The notes under the pieces: model-generated | Told to the model about the DNA's origin: nothing | Seen by the model: the letters and a program-made list of their open reading frames with translations, nothing else | Databases searched by the model: none | Program-made: the position numbers and the translations under genes | Shown: positions 12,613 to 27,539 of the stretch, one piece after another | Layout of the letters: each line of letters starts with the position of its first letter | Position numbering within the stretch: position 1 is the first letter of the stretch | NCBI GenBank assembly: GCA_964016885.1 | Contig: OZ024743.1 | Location: 148,242,001 to 148,306,000, forward strand | Length of the DNA stretch: 64,000 nt | DNA from: Eledone cirrhosa | Taxonomy: Eukaryota | Reading direction: 5' to 3'

Positions 12613-13318
12613 TAGTACATCCCACCAAAAAACGGAAGCACAATATAAAAGCAGATATTAAGAAAGTACCGACCAAAAGCAGCAACAACAACAACTGTAT
12701 TATAATGGAAAAATAATTAAAGAAGATAGAAAGAAAGAATGAATGAACGAAGACGAAAGAGAAAGAAAAGAAGAGAGAGAGCTAGCAAGAAAATTAACTG
12801 TAATGTCAATGATGATGAAGACGAAGACAGTAACAACAACAAGGAGAAGAACAACAAAAACAACAAGAAAAAGAAATAAAACATCATAAGAAGCAAACAA
12901 TAGGAAATAATAGAAAAATGTTCAGAGATTCAGTCCAGAGCATGATTTAGAAATAAAAGATTTAAATTGAAAGCAAAAATAATAACTTACAGACAATAGC
13001 TTCAGTTATATTCCTTGTTAAGAAACTTTCAGTCTTTCACTGAAGAATTTACTTTTTAAAACTCACTTTTAAGTAAATAGTTGACATGTGTGTGTATTAT
13101 TGAGTGTATGTGTTAGTGTGTAGACACAGACAGAATCACATCCACAAACCCATGTATTAGCACATATAGACATATGTAGAAAAAGAAAAAAAATGAGTTG
13201 ATCACAAAATTAAAGTATTATTATTATATATGCACAAGTATGTGTAAAAGTAACACTACAGTATATACACAATATATACACACACATACAAAAGCGCGCG
13301 CGCGCACACAGACAGAGA

Positions 13319-13427
<109 letters not shown>

Positions 13428-13784
13428 ACATATTATTTGATTAGAGTAAATATATATATTTGTATATATATCATATGTATATATATCATATGTATATAAA
13501 TAAATATATTTTTTTATTTGTATATATATATATATATATATATATCCTTGTAGAAATTCATTTAGATATTATACAGGAATGTAGAAATACACCTTCACAT
13601 GAACATGCAATTACATATATATATATACTTAAAAAATGGCATGCATGCCACTGTTTGTATGTCAGCTTAGATGTATAGACATTCTCTCTCACACACATAC
13701 ACGCACGCACGCACCCACACGCATACAGAGAGGTAGAGAGAGAGAGAGAGAGAGTGAGAGAGAGATAGAGAAAGAGAGCAAACT

Positions 13785-14012
13785 ACCAGAAGTTTGAGGA
13801 GAAATGCCACTGGGACGAGTGGAGGGCTGTTGTAGGGACGGATGGAGGACTAGGTAACTACGAGTGGAGATTGGCAGCCGATACATTTCTAATGTCCATG
13901 GGTATTACGGGAGTAAACACAAGGAGAACCATCAAGAACAACGTGTAAGCAGCAGAAGAGGCATCTAGATGACTATCTATGGCTGGAAAGAAGTGGCCGG
14001 TTGGATAAGTAG
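13785..14012 (+). mobile_element. Decayed 3' fragment of an RLE-type (HERO-like) LINE
   Basis: EGCCRDGWRTR*LRVEIGSR, then after a frameshift MGITGVNTRRTIKNNV*AAEEASR*L. Resembles the recalled GW...PVEVGCRG...LGITG...AAEKASRWLW C-terminus. Confidence 0.6.
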
Positions 14013-14300
14013 TATGTATGCCACATGGACACGAACTGACGCTTGATCAATCTCTCTCTGGCCACTGAAATATGCATAGTTTTCTGCAGAAATAAACCTG
14101 TCCAGCCTCCTGTCAGTTTACTTTATAATATATTTAACTCCATTCCCGCACCACCAGCAGGATTCTCATCAAAGATGGATGAGTTGCGTACCGTCGAGTG
14201 CTTTCCTCCTATTACACTATTACAACATGATTAACATTGCAGAATGACCAATTCAGCCCAGTGTGAACCACCAAATTTAAACGCATATATATATATATAG

Positions 14301-14393
<93 letters not shown>

Positions 14394-15371
14394 TATTGAT
14401 TCTATTATTTAACGTATTGTGCTTTGTTCTCATGCATTTGTATTGTCATACTGTTGTTTCATCCAAATTTAAGTTGGTGACTAAAATCTAAAATCTTTCA
14501 AGTGTAAAAGAGATGAAAAAATAAATGTTATATCTATATAATTGTATTTCTCCCACACAACAACTGATATTTGACAATACAGCAGAAGGTGAGTAGAACA
14601 TTCTAGTAATCTTTTCCAAATTCAATTATGGATCGATATATTTTTATTTAAATTTGTTTCTTTTCATTTCTTTACTTATTTCTTATTTCATTTTTCATAT
14701 TTCAATTTGTTTAATTTTATTTGAAAGTGGGTGAGAGATATTATTTTTTAGTCGTGCATCTTATTGTCATCATTATTGTTGTTTATTTTTGGTATGTAGA
14801 TTATTTTGTTTTGCAATTTTTGTAGGGTGGGACGGGGGGTCTTAGATTATTTTTTAAGGAGGAGGTATACTTTTTATTTCTATTGTTATTTTGATTGTTT
14901 GTTTTTTCTAAAAATTTTCCGAAGTATAATTTCATTACATATTGTTCTATGCTGACATTAGCAAAATGGTAGAGACAAGGCAGCATTTCTGGCGCTATCA
15001 AATACACCTATATATCTATATGTGTGCATGTGTGTTTGTATGTGAAGCTAGATAAGTGACTTAAAGACCTGGTGTTTCGTGCTAAAGAACTTGTCAAGCT
15101 AAACAGGATTCATACCATTGAACTTAATATATAAAGGACGATACTTAACACCCTAGATTAATTTCGTGAAGAAAACATTAATTTCTCATGTGTTAATGGC
15201 AATTTTCAACATCTGCTCACTCATTGTTAAATTTGAATTAAAATTTAACTTACATATACATATAAGAAACATACACATACATAAGTACACACACACGTAT
15301 ACAGGCACACACACACACACACATATATATATATCTATACATATGTGTGTGGCAGTGTGTGTGTGTGTGAG

Positions 15372-15506
15372 TTCCGGGTTCAATTGGCGGTTACCACTGT
15401 AAGTAAGGTACTCAATACATTAGTAGGGTGTAAACATCAAATTTAATATAGAAGTGGTTTCTACAGGACTAGAACTGTTTCGATTCCCCTTTGGAACAAT
15501 TCTAGT
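15372..15506 (-). repeat. pLTR-like tail with HHR 3' half; inverted homologue at ~30301-30402
   Basis: Minus strand GGAATC GAAAC A GTT CTAGTCCTGTAGAAACCACTTCTATATTAAAT...TATTGAGTACCTTACTTAC matches plus 30322-30382. Confidence 0.6.
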
Positions 15507-15511
15507 ATATA

Positions 15512-15585
<74 letters not shown>

Positions 15586-15588
<3 letters not shown>

Positions 15589-15806
15589 ATAATAAATTTG
15601 AAGACTAAAATCTAAAGAGGGCTCGATAAGGACAAATATATATCAGATATATAAGAACCGTAGAGCAAATATTTATTAAAATAACAGATTAAAGTTTAAG
15701 CAAAGAATCGCTGCTTTCAACCTTAACAGGTGAGTTTCAGAAGATCCCGTTAAGGGTGAAGGTAGCGATTCTTTCTTAAACTTTAATCTGTTATTTTAAT
15801 AAATAT
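15586..15806. repeat. Hairpin mini-insert family C, copy 1, with degenerate HHR at 15733-15782 (+)
   Basis: Arms ~15669-15730 and ~15745-15806; homologous to 43607-43770; (TA)n flanks. Confidence 0.85.
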
Positions 15807-15823
15807 ATATATATATATATATT

Positions 15824-15905
15824 GAAAAGATAGCAAGGACGATTGGTTACTCCTTCATTACATTTATTGGATGGTGACGTGCGTTTCGCCACTTATCAGC
15901 TCAAG
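15824..15905 (-). repeat. pLTR-like tail carrying the 3' half of an HHR
   Basis: Minus strand GCT GATAAGT GGC GAAAC GCAC GTC ACCA followed by AATAAA; the 5' core is missing. Confidence 0.5.
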
Positions 15906-16087
15906 GTTCGATCTGTATCGATCTTACCCGACTCTGTAATCGACGGACCCCTTAAAATGCTATTAGAAAAATGTCTTGTTATGTTTTCAATATAATACAC
16001 TCTGTATAGCTCTACACCTCGACACAGAAGTGAACCTAAACATCGAGTGCTCACCCGGGTGAACCTACAGTAACTCCAAGTTACACT

Positions 16088-16164
<77 letters not shown>

Positions 16165-17149
16165 ATATTATTTTATATATATATATATTATTTTATACAC
16201 ACTGTATATTGAAAAATGCTAGTGTAATATCAGATAGATATATGTGCATACATATACACAAATATTGACTTAGTTACCCATTCATAGGTATTTACTAACA
16301 GTAAAAAACGCCTAAGAATCCAAAACAATAAATTGATGCAGTATTGCTTTTTATTGGACTTCTATCAGTTCTGAAACAAGTATTCTCGTTATTCGGTTTA
16401 CAGAACAGGTTTCTCGAGAAATTAACTTAGAGAGCTGCATTGTTAACGTAGCTTTCAGTACATCTCTCTGGATAACATTTCTCTGGACCGGATTATACGT
16501 GGATATTCCGAACCCCCCCCCACCCCCACCACCACCACATACACTCCCATATATAAACATATACACCTTTACACGCGCACACATGTACACCAAATCATTC
16601 CACTACTGACAATACACATAGCCACAAAGCACACACGGATAAACACATAGGCACACAGATTTGACACATACCTGAAAATACACACACACACACACACACA
16701 CTCAAACCTATACACTCACATACATAGAGAAAATAGATAAATGTCAGAGACAGACTTACACACGCAGAGAAACTTGTCCTCACGTAAACACACATATGCA
16801 CAGAAAATCTTTCCTCTAGAGATAATACAAATTCACCAACACTAGCGGAGACACATATATACACACACATACACGCAATCGTATGCAATCCCATGCACGA
16901 AAACAACAGAAAAAAGCCCCATACATACACACGCACACACGCACAAACACACGCGCGCGCGCTCATAAAACAAAGAACTCGCAGACATCCACACACACAA
17001 ACCACAGTGTGTACACCAATGTAAGACTCTGAGACACTCACGTGTTCACAGACTGAAGCAACGCACACCTACCAATTTCATATCTTTGGCACACACACAA
17101 CCACGACCATGACACACTTGGACTTCGATCCCTGACTCCAAAATGGTGG

Positions 17150-17720
17150 AATCTCAGGTCACAGGGAACCATGTTGTGGTTTGTGAGAAGGTTTTTCTTT
17201 TCTACTGTAATATTATGAATAGTGTTAGTCTGGTTACTAAACACTAGACTCAATATATTTTTTTCTGATATCACGTTGGTGCAAGAACAAATTGGGACAA
17301 GAAAATCTCATCCATGAAGTCGATAAGTTATTCTACTGCTGCTTTGTCAGCGGTTGAGGTGGAAGTACCTAGTTTCAAACTGATTGTAGACCAATCAATA
17401 CACTGTAGTTGATTGACACCTCCCAACATTAGTATATTACAAGAATAGCACTGTTGTATAAAACAGTTAATGAGGTTGAGGCATTCTTTAAAGAACAGTA
17501 TGGGCGTTTGGGGTGGCCTTATAGAGCTCAACTACTATCAAATCATTGGCTATGTTGTGCACCGAGAATGTCATATTTTTGTCTGCCTTAAAGGAATCAT
17601 GCTGGAAAATGCCAATTCTACCCTTCCTTCTGCCGACAAGATCCGCGCGGTTGGTTGTAACATTTCTCATCCTCTGTTCGGTTTTCAAATTAGAATGAAG
17701 AAAGTGAAGAAATGGACCTT
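17150..17720 (-). pseudogene. Decayed APE endonuclease of a CR1/Jockey-group LINE
   Basis: RADLVGRRKGRIGIF...LIVVELYK...ILMLGGVNQLQCIDW...LIDFMDEIFLSQFVLAPT...NILSLVFSN...NHNMV, with frameshifts. Confidence 0.75.
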
Positions 17721-17755
17721 ACCTTTTTGTGTATTGATGGAAGGACTGGCTGCTT

Positions 17756-18428
<673 letters not shown>

Positions 18429-18575
18429 AAAAATAGAGGTGTGACACACGAGTTGTGATATATTAGTAAAAGGGAAAAGAAAATTCTGACAAATTTTCCC
18501 AGTAAAAAGTACTTTAATTAGGAATAAGTATAAATTAGTAATAAGTATTAGTTAGTATAGAGTTTTAGTTTTAAG

Positions 18576-18613
18576 TTTTTACCGGTTGCGCATTTCTTAT
18601 GCTTTTCAAAAAT
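18576..18613 (-). ncRNA. U3-A8 HHR variant, degenerate (A13C)
   Basis: Minus strand TTT TTGAAAA GCAT AAGAA ATGC GCAAC CG GTA AAA; stems covary with family B. Confidence 0.6.
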
Positions 18614-18642
18614 AATTTTGAGATAGAGTGCTCGTGATTTTT

Positions 18643-18747
<105 letters not shown>

Positions 18748-18890
18748 CCAAAGATTAATATGGTTCATTAATTACTCAATGAATATAGTTTTACAATAGA
18801 TTAAAAGCACTCTACAAAGAAGTTTTCTGGAGTTATTAATATTATTCAGGATATTAATAAATGAAGGCATTCACATAATCAAAATATATA

Positions 18891-18952
18891 TTTTATTATA
18901 TATATTTCGAAGGTACTGTGCTGTTGTTTCAGTACGTCATCGTCAGATCAAA
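18891..18952 (-). ncRNA. Type I HHR in PLE3 pLTR (inverted, A9-mutated copy at ~21786-21850, plus)
   Basis: TTTGAT CTGACGA TGAC GTACTG AAACAACAGCA CAGTAC CTTC GAAAT ATAT ATA ATAAAA. Confidence 0.8.
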
Positions 18953-20029
18953 TGCATGAATTGATGTATGACATACCTCAGCGGTCTTGATGGTTCAATT
19001 CCAATATTGGCAGTGATTTATTAGAACAAATCTCAACATTTATATACCACAAATAATAACATGATAAACTTAAATTCAATGAAGAAGAGGATGTGGAGCG
19101 AGATATGGGTATAAGGAAGAAGAAAATAAATAAATACATACATAAATATTTAAATGCGTAAATATACGTATTAGGGAAGAAAAAGAAAGACAGAGAGAGA
19201 GAGATAGAAGAGAGAAGAAGAAAGAAATAACAGCAAAAAAGAAAGAAAGAGAAATGATGTGTGACCGTTGCTTTCAAATATTAACTCAAATAGAGGCGAC
19301 CAATTAAATAACATGAAATTTTTAATATCAAAATTAAACAAAATAAAAATATTTTCTATAGGAATCAGAACCATAGTTTAATTAAGTAATATATTTACTA
19401 AACATTTTGTCACAATATTCAAAAACATGTTTATCTTTAAAGCATGTTTAAATACCTATTAAATATGTATAAGGATATTTATTAAATCCCATGCATAAAA
19501 GCCATCAGTATATGTATTTTATATTATGTTAAGAATTATTATCTGAATTATTCTATTTTCATTATAAAATCATTTCAATTCATTGGTTGTCATTTCATTA
19601 CAGGAATAATTAGTAGTTATATTTACTCTTAAAAGTATCATTATTTCGATTTTACTTCCGTAATTATATCTTATTATATATAGTTTCCCTTTAAGGATTT
19701 TTCATATATTATTAAACTGTATAAATCATGTTAAATATACATTTGCAAGCAATTTGGACAGAACAAAATTATTTACGAAAAATGTAAACAAAGGAAAATA
19801 TCATCATATGTGAACATTTAAGATATTTAAGTATTTGGAAAGCCAAAAGATATTTCAAACCACAAATTCAGAAATTTCTAGTTAAACAATGACCTTTCTA
19901 AATCCAAACTTAGGATACTGAGACTCATCATCAGATTAATTTACTATATAAAAACGATATACAATGTTTAAGGTAAGGCAAAACATTATATATATATAAT
20001 AATATTTCAGAATTATTAATAGTCAATAT

Positions 20030-21560
20030 TTTTTCGAAATTTGTATAATGCTTGAAAGGTTCTTCCAGACTTATGTAGGCAGCTTCCAAATAATTATTTC
20101 TTCTTATTAATTAAATTACCATAATTTGTAATCATTAATAGAGTCTCTAAATTGCAAAGATTGCAATCCGGTAGGAATCAGAATTCTTTAATTTACTCCA
20201 AGAAATTGAGTATTTAATATGTTTCTCTTTCAAAGACCATATTAATTGTGATAGTGATGTAGAACATTTTTTATCTGGATTAGAAAACGAATGTTTATGA
20301 TTGGAAAAGCGAAACTTAAAGTCCGATGAAGTGGCACCAATGTAGTTATAAGTATTGTTATTATTTGTCTTAATGGTACATTTATACACTAGATTCTTGT
20401 CAAGGCAATTATTTTGTAAAGGGCATTCAGATTTCCTTCTACAGTTACAATTTAATTCAATGTTATTTCTATAACCTAAAATATTCGTATTATCATTATT
20501 ATTTCTAGGTGTTCTACTATTATTCATATTTAAACTATTGTTATTGTTATTCACATTAACTAATGTTTTATTATTATTATTGTTACTATCGCTAATTATA
20601 TGCTGGTTCAAATTAAGAATTTTACTATTAATTTTTGTAATATTTGGAGCAATATTCATAGTTGTTGAATAAGAGAGTTTAACTGTGTGTCTATTGAAGA
20701 TAGAGTAATACTTATGTGATCTAGGGAAACATTTATCCAAGGCTTTAAAAAGTAAATGTGCTAAAGGTGTTTTAATAGCTAAAGATGCTGAAAGGAGCAT
20801 ACCAAATATAGATCTAGTCCTTATTTTTTTCCCCGATTTAATCCTTGTTGTTTTTAAAGTCAGTTCTATTTTTATTATTATGAATACTGTGTTTATAATT
20901 AATATTATTTTTTTCTACATATTCAATATTATTTTTATATCCTGCTTTATGTAACGCTTCATTATAATATACAGCCTTACTATTAAATATGGATCTATTA
21001 GCAGATAGTCTGTATATTCGCTGTTGGACAATATTGACTATTGCATTTTTAACACTTTTAGGATGATTAGAGTAAAAGTTAACATAATTTAAGTTTTCAT
21101 TGAGTTTATGGAAGGGCTAATACAGGCCTGAGTTTAAATTAAGAGTTACATCTAAAAAATTAACTATTTTATTGTTATTTTCTACTTCTAATTTCAGGTC
21201 ATAATTTTTAAAGAATTCTATAATTCCTTTCTTTACTCTATTTAATTCGCTATTATTATGCCTAACTACAGTAAATAATATGTCGTCTCTATATAAACCA
21301 CCGGTAATCTCCGACAGTTTTCTATTTATCATATTAAGGATGAAAATTTCCACAAGATCGTTAACTTGCGCCGAATCAGATGATCTCATAGTAATGTCAA
21401 AGGTATTCTGCCTATCAGATCTAGTCCAAAAAATTATTATTAAAATCGATCAAGGTTCGCCTTGCAGTTAAAATAATATTAATCTCGTCACTAGATAGAT
21501 CCGTGTGTTTATATGGACATGAAAGCGCCTTATTTAATAGCTTAGGAGTTATTGGCGAAT
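20030..21560 (-). pseudogene. PLE3 RT (3' half) + GIY-YIG endonuclease
   Basis: SSDSAQVNDLV...GGLYRDD...VNFLDVTLNL; NCNCRRKSECPLQNNCL..NLVYKC...YIGATSSDFKFRFSNHKHSF. Homologous to PLE1. Confidence 0.92.
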
Positions 21561-21913
21561 AATAACTTTTTCTTCCCTAATACGTCTATTTACGCATTTA
21601 AATATTTATGTATGTATTTATTTATTTTCTTCTTGCATTTCCTCCTTATACCCATATCTCGCTCCACATCCTCTTTTTCATTAAATTTAAGTTTAATATG
21701 TTATTATTTGTGGTATATAAATGTTGAGATTTGTTGTAATAAATCACTACCAATACTGTTGAGGTATGTCATAAATCAATTCATGTATTTTATCTGACGT
21801 GGACGTACTGAAAAAACAGCACAGTACCTTCGAAATATATATACTAGAACATATTTTGATTATGTGAATGTCTTCATTTAATAATATTCGGAATAATATA
21901 TACCTATATAAAT

Positions 21914-22200
<287 letters not shown>

Positions 22201-22221
22201 GTATGTGTATATATATATATA

Positions 22222-22655
22222 TAGTGAAAGAGTGAAGAATAACATGGTCGGCTGTACAAACAGGGATTTATTTACAGTATAAACAATTGTTTCATTGATC
22301 AGGTGGTTCTAAAGGCCGATGATTACTCGAAATTGTCTCAATTGACCTTAAATACAGTGTGCGTCTCTGATCAAATCATCAGAATACTGCAGTATTCCGA
22401 TACCTTGACTCACCTAATCAATGAAATAATTGTTAATACTGTAAATAAACCCTTTTTGTACAGCGAACCATGTTATTCATCACTCTTTCACTACTATTAC
22501 TCCAAGAATAACCTACATGAACATTTTCCAAACTGGCTACCTAACTAAGGAATCCTCTTGTTGAGTCAAACAACGCCGTACGTTAAAACTATCCATAGTA
22601 CAGAGTACTCACAACCTCTAACTGGATTACCTAAAACGATAACTTGTTATTCCAT
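22222..22655. repeat. Fold-back pLTR-like insert with HHR at 22390-22441 (+)
   Basis: 22222-22305 is inverted at 22411-22493. HHR reads CAGTATT CCGATAC CTTGACT CACC TAATCAAT GAAAT AATT GTT AATACTG. An adjacent inverted piece (22370-22389) preserves CAGTATT CTGATGA. Confidence 0.75.
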
Positions 22656-22674
22656 ATATATATATATATATATG

Positions 22675-22740
<66 letters not shown>

Positions 22741-22745
<5 letters not shown>

Positions 22746-25700
22746 CATTTGTTAGTTTTGGAAGCCTCAACAATGCAGATAGGTAAATCTCCGAGTAACA
22801 GAATCCGGTGGTTAAGAGAGAGATGTAAGAGGAAATGTAGAATGAGACGTATAGTGTGTAGAGGAACGTAGGAAAGAGCGTAAAAATAAAAATAATAACA
22901 TGAGATAGAGTTACTTTGGAAGTGATTTAATTGTCCCTATATTTCGGATTTCGCATCCATCAACTGGGGTTTTTTCCGAGGGGGAAAGTTATCTGTTGGA
23001 GAGGAACGGTACGTGGCCTCTGTTGTCTACCGTTTGTGTACAACTGAGATATTCTGTAGAGCGCGCGTGCGCGCGGAATAGGTGCGGTCAAGCAAAGGTC
23101 GAGGCAGTTCCTCTTTAGTATGGCAGTGGGATAGTGCTTCGCTGTCAATCCATTATACTACCTTTATTCAGTCTTTGATACTGGCAATGTTGATAGCCTG
23201 CTTGGTTGTCGTTTGTTGGTCGGTGGATGGTGGGCGCGCTATACACACAATAACAATCGTTCGAATGCCACTGTGTGTATGTGTGTGTGCTTGTGCTGTT
23301 TTATCGTTTGTTTACACCAGCCACCTCGTCTCGCTTCTCTCGGATCGGTTATTTATTTGTGGTCCTAGGCGTTTGATCCAAAGTGCTTCCTTGATCCGGA
23401 TATATAGTGGCCGAATTGTGCTACCGATATAGTAGTGGTTGCACTTGTCACATTCTACCTTGTATACAACGTACGTGCGTAAGCAACAGTTCGTTTGGCG
23501 CAAAGGACAGTTTCTGAGGGAACACGCGTCAGTCGATTTCCCGGGTTTCCTGGAGAGGCATCTCCGTAGGGAAGGGCCCGAGTGGGAAAGGTGGATGTCG
23601 AGGCCCTCTCTCCGTATAGCCCTGCGGATAGCGTTGGTGGTTTTCTCGCCAAGGTGCGGGATTTTAAGGAAGCACTTGCCTTGGGTGTTTCTCTGCCTCT
23701 TGTGTCTGGTGTCTCTTACTCTGTTTGTAAGTGAGGCTGGGTATCCGTTCGTCTCCATCACCCTGAGGAACCGCTTGGTATGGGTGACACCACTTACGGG
23801 ATCGCTACATGTGTTTTTAATTCGCGTGATCTCGTTCGTGATGTACCCTCTTTTAGCACTGTTAGGGAGGGCAGACTTGTAGTGGAAAAACAAGTCCCTG
23901 CAGGCTGCCTTGCGGTAGAAGCTGGTGTGGATCACTCCCTGCTCCGTGATGTTGATTCAGAAGTCAAGGAGCGCAAGGGACCCGTCGTCGTTGGGGTGTT
24001 CAACACCGAAGTCAATATTCTCGTTCGTGTTGCTGAACGTCTCGTAAATCCCGCTCGCCATCTCCTGGGAAGATGTGAGGATGAGGATGTCGTCCACGTA
24101 TCTTGAAAAGAAAGCGACGGCGTTGGGGTGGCAGGTGTTGAGTGCCTTGCGCTCGAGGCCATCCATTTACGAGATCGCTAGCACACCCGACAGGCTTGAG
24201 CCCATGGGCAGCCCTGAGGTTTGTCGGTATGTTTGGTCGAGAAAACTGAAATACGTGTTGTCAACGACGACGGATAGGAGCTGGTGGATGTCAGTGGTGT
24301 GAGCCCGAAGCAGTGTAGGTCGGTAGATTGAACACGTTCTATCAGTATATCAACGGCCGGGAGCGCCGGGACCGAGGTGTAAAGAGCGACCACATCACGG
24401 CTGAAGGCATACCTGTTCGCCTCTCTGGTGTCGGGATCCATTTAATGCAGGCGCTCCAACACCTCCTCGGAGCTGTTTACGTGTCCCGGCAAGGTGTCTA
24501 AGATGTGTTTGAATATTCTGGCTAGGAGCGGTCCTTCCACGCTCGATACAACAGGCCTGATCTTCAGGTCGGGTCCCTGTTTGTGTGTTTTCACAAGGTG
24601 ATAGAAGGCGGGTAGTCTGCTGTTCCTCGTGAGGAGGTTGTATCTGAGTTTCTTCGGGAGCTTCCGCCGGTCACAGATGTTGGTCCAGGCGGCGTTGATG
24701 TGCTCCTCGATCTGCGCGGGAGTGATCTGCGCCCCTGTGACTTTAGAGTAGAGGCTGTCATCGTCAAGGTGTTGGAGGGCCAGGGTGTTGTAGGCCTCTC
24801 TGCTGATGTTGCAGAATATTTTTCCCTTGTCGGAAGGGAGGTAGATGCGGTTCATCGACTTCAGGTTGGAGAGAATGGTGAGTTGAGATTTAGTGAGGTT
24901 GTGTGTTGTGCGTGTGTGTTTGTGTGTGTGTAGGATATCAGATGAGTTTAGTGTCGAGTTCGTGGTTGGTGGGTGGGGGTGGAGTGGGTTATCGAGGTGG
25001 TAAGTGGGGAATTTCGAGCGGTTTGTGTGGGTGCTGTTATTTTCCGTGGCGCTGTTGATGGCGGTCACCCATTAAAAGTTGGTAGGCGGCTCGGCTGAAG
25101 TTGGCTTCGATGTCAAGTTTAAGTCTGTCGTCGAGCCGCTGTGAGACGATGAACTTGGGTCCGAGGCGTAGGAGTTCCAGCTCGTCGTTCGTGATGGTGC
25201 CGGTTAGGTTGGTGACAATGTGCGTCGCATCGTTGAGGTGTGGATCGGTGTTGGTGGATGCGGCGGTGACGGTTGATATGTTGCTGTTTATTATGTGGTT
25301 CTGGTCTGTCTGTTTGTTAGTGTCAGTGTTTTCGTTGTGGGGTTTAAGCAAGATCCACTCATATTTCCGCTTGAGCCGTTTTGGTTTTTTTTTCCTGTTG
25401 GACTCTGGAGTGGTAGCACTGGTTGATTGCTTTTTGTGATTTTAAGGAGCAAGTCGTCGGGTATTAGTGTTAATCGATGTGTCCGCTCTGAGAGTGTTCG
25501 ATTATGGATGTGTAATTGGCGTTGAGATATCGCAGGATCTGTTTGATACACGAGCGGTGTATGCGGCTAGCGGTGTTTTGAAAAGCTGGTGTACGTAGGC
25601 ATCCTGATAAGCGGATGTTCCTGATGGTGGTGGGGATGACATCGCTTTTTAGGCAGCGTTTTAGGTAAATAATTTGACAGCCAACTTTGGCCCATTTCTC

Positions 25701-25800
25701 CGACAGACTAAAGAGTTCCCTTACGGATGCAAACAATTCCTGGCTCAGGAGCAAGGATAAGAGAGTATTGAAGTTTACTTGAAGCATTGTGGAATAATAA
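22741..25800 (-). mobile_element. Full-length-size PLE2 (second lineage, GC-richer) between (TA)n tracts
   Basis: Disrupted RT+GIY-YIG ORF; degenerate HHR at 22935-22969 (CCC CAGTTGA T GGAT GCGAA ATCC GAAA TA TA GGG). Confidence 0.9.
23312..25787 (-). pseudogene. PLE2 RT + GIY-YIG endonuclease with stops, frameshifts and an EN deletion
   Basis: LLRLGPKF, PSDKG, FYHLVKTHK...IRPVVS, DVVALYTSVP, GLPMGS, RYVDD, FYRK, VVYKVECDKCNHYYIGST. The EN is collapsed at RIKE|ALWIK...IN. Confidence 0.93.
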
Positions 25801-25808
25801 ATAAATAA

Positions 25809-25871
<63 letters not shown>

Positions 25872-26297
25872 TGTATGGGGTTAACCGAACAGAGATGTGC
25901 GGACCACATTATGGTCTGTCGACTGCAAACCAGATAAAAAGAATCGCTCAACGACCTGTATAAAGGGTACAAGACGGAGCATTTTATATTAATAAAAGAT
26001 AGGAGGGCTTACTAAGTTGATTCAGGTTTATTTAAAACTCTGTTATACATATTTCACTGGGGGCTATAAGTTACGATATATTTGGGAAAATCCAATAATT
26101 TCCCCGAAAAAGCTTTTCTTTCCATGATACAGTGGGCCGGTCGGACGCGTGGTGTTGTTTCTTGAATCAACTGAATAAGGCATCCGATCTTATATATATT
26201 CTATTCTAAGGCGGGTAAAATTCCCGAGATCCGTGGACGAGTTCTCTCCAGCGGTCTCTGTCCCTCATTATCGCTGCCATGTCCTGCGTCTCCAATT

Positions 26298-26358
26298 AAA
26301 TACTACATATTTCAGAGGTACTGAATCAAGTTCAACAGTACGTCCTGATCAGATAAAA
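26298..26358 (-). ncRNA. Degenerate family D HHR (G8C) in a pLTR fragment
   Basis: TTTTAT CTGATCA GGAC GTACTG ...CAGTAC CTCT GAAAT ATGT; the flank ATGACATACC matches the PLE3 pLTR. Confidence 0.6.
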
Positions 26359-26482
26359 TAAAATGATACATGACATACCCTGACATGTTAGATGGTTAAG
26401 ATTTAATCAAGATGGTGTAGAGTGCTTCCAATCTACTGTAAAGCTCATTCTTTGATGTACTCATTGAATCTTGTTTAACTCC

Positions 26483-26568
<86 letters not shown>

Positions 26569-26734
26569 CAACAATGAACGTAGCCGAATGATTAGCTTTG
26601 AAGCGTGCGTTGTGAATATATTAAGTTAAAGAAAGTGCTCGAGCTCAAAGATGCTATAAAGATAGCTTATATAATAGGGTGAAGACCCTTAGAAAATAGA
26701 AAAAGAAGTTACTATATTCCGCTATGAGTAAATC

Positions 26735-26944
26735 AACGCCACATCCCCCAGAAACGAGTTGTGGTAATGAACCAGATGGACCATAACGCACCAGAGTACT
26801 CAATACTTAGGGTAGTAGAGTGGGTAATAGGAAAATGTATGACCTCGACGGCAGAGTTCAAGCCGTTTCGACGGCTATTTCTGAGTTCAGAAATAGCCGT
26901 CGTAACGGCTTCAGCTCTGCCGTCGAGGTCATTCATTTTCCTAT
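26735..26944. repeat. Hairpin mini-insert family A, copy 3
   Basis: Palindrome at ~26828-26944 with the same apex position and same tail. Confidence 0.9.
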
Positions 26945-27479
26945 ATATATATACACTTCTGTATTTGTATTATACGCATGACTATGTCCATGTCATATGT
27001 TTATTCTATAGAAGTTAAATCGTTTTAAATTTGCACTTTAAGCAGTTTTATTACGATTAAAAGATCATTCTTGTCAGAATTAACTTTATCAGTAGTTGTC
27101 TTTCACAATTAATAAAATAAATTTATTTACTACACAAGGGAATAAGCAAATGGCATCTATTTCCCACCATACCTATAACATTTCCTTCCTCTGTTTCGTT
27201 TAATCTTACCTATACAAAACTTACTTCCAAACATGACTTTATGTAGTCTTACTTATGCCATAGATTTCTCACCTCACCCTCTTCTCCCAGCCATATCACC
27301 CTACTAACTTTTACCTGAACACAATTACAATTAATAACGGGGAAACGTTCATCTTACACACACTGCTTTGTGTAGACAGTAGACTCAGCTTATCATCAAA
27401 GTAAACAGTCACTTTCACTGATATATATTGTATATCTATCAATCTATCTATCTATCTATTTATTCCTCCCCCTCTATAT

Positions 27480-27539
<60 letters not shown>

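Noticed and set aside
23957-23959. In-frame TGA in the PLE2 RT as selenocysteine (Naiad-type)
   Set aside because: Context LDF*INI fits CGA>TGA decay. The element also has a TAA and frameshifts, its EN is C-terminal, and I recognised no SECIS.
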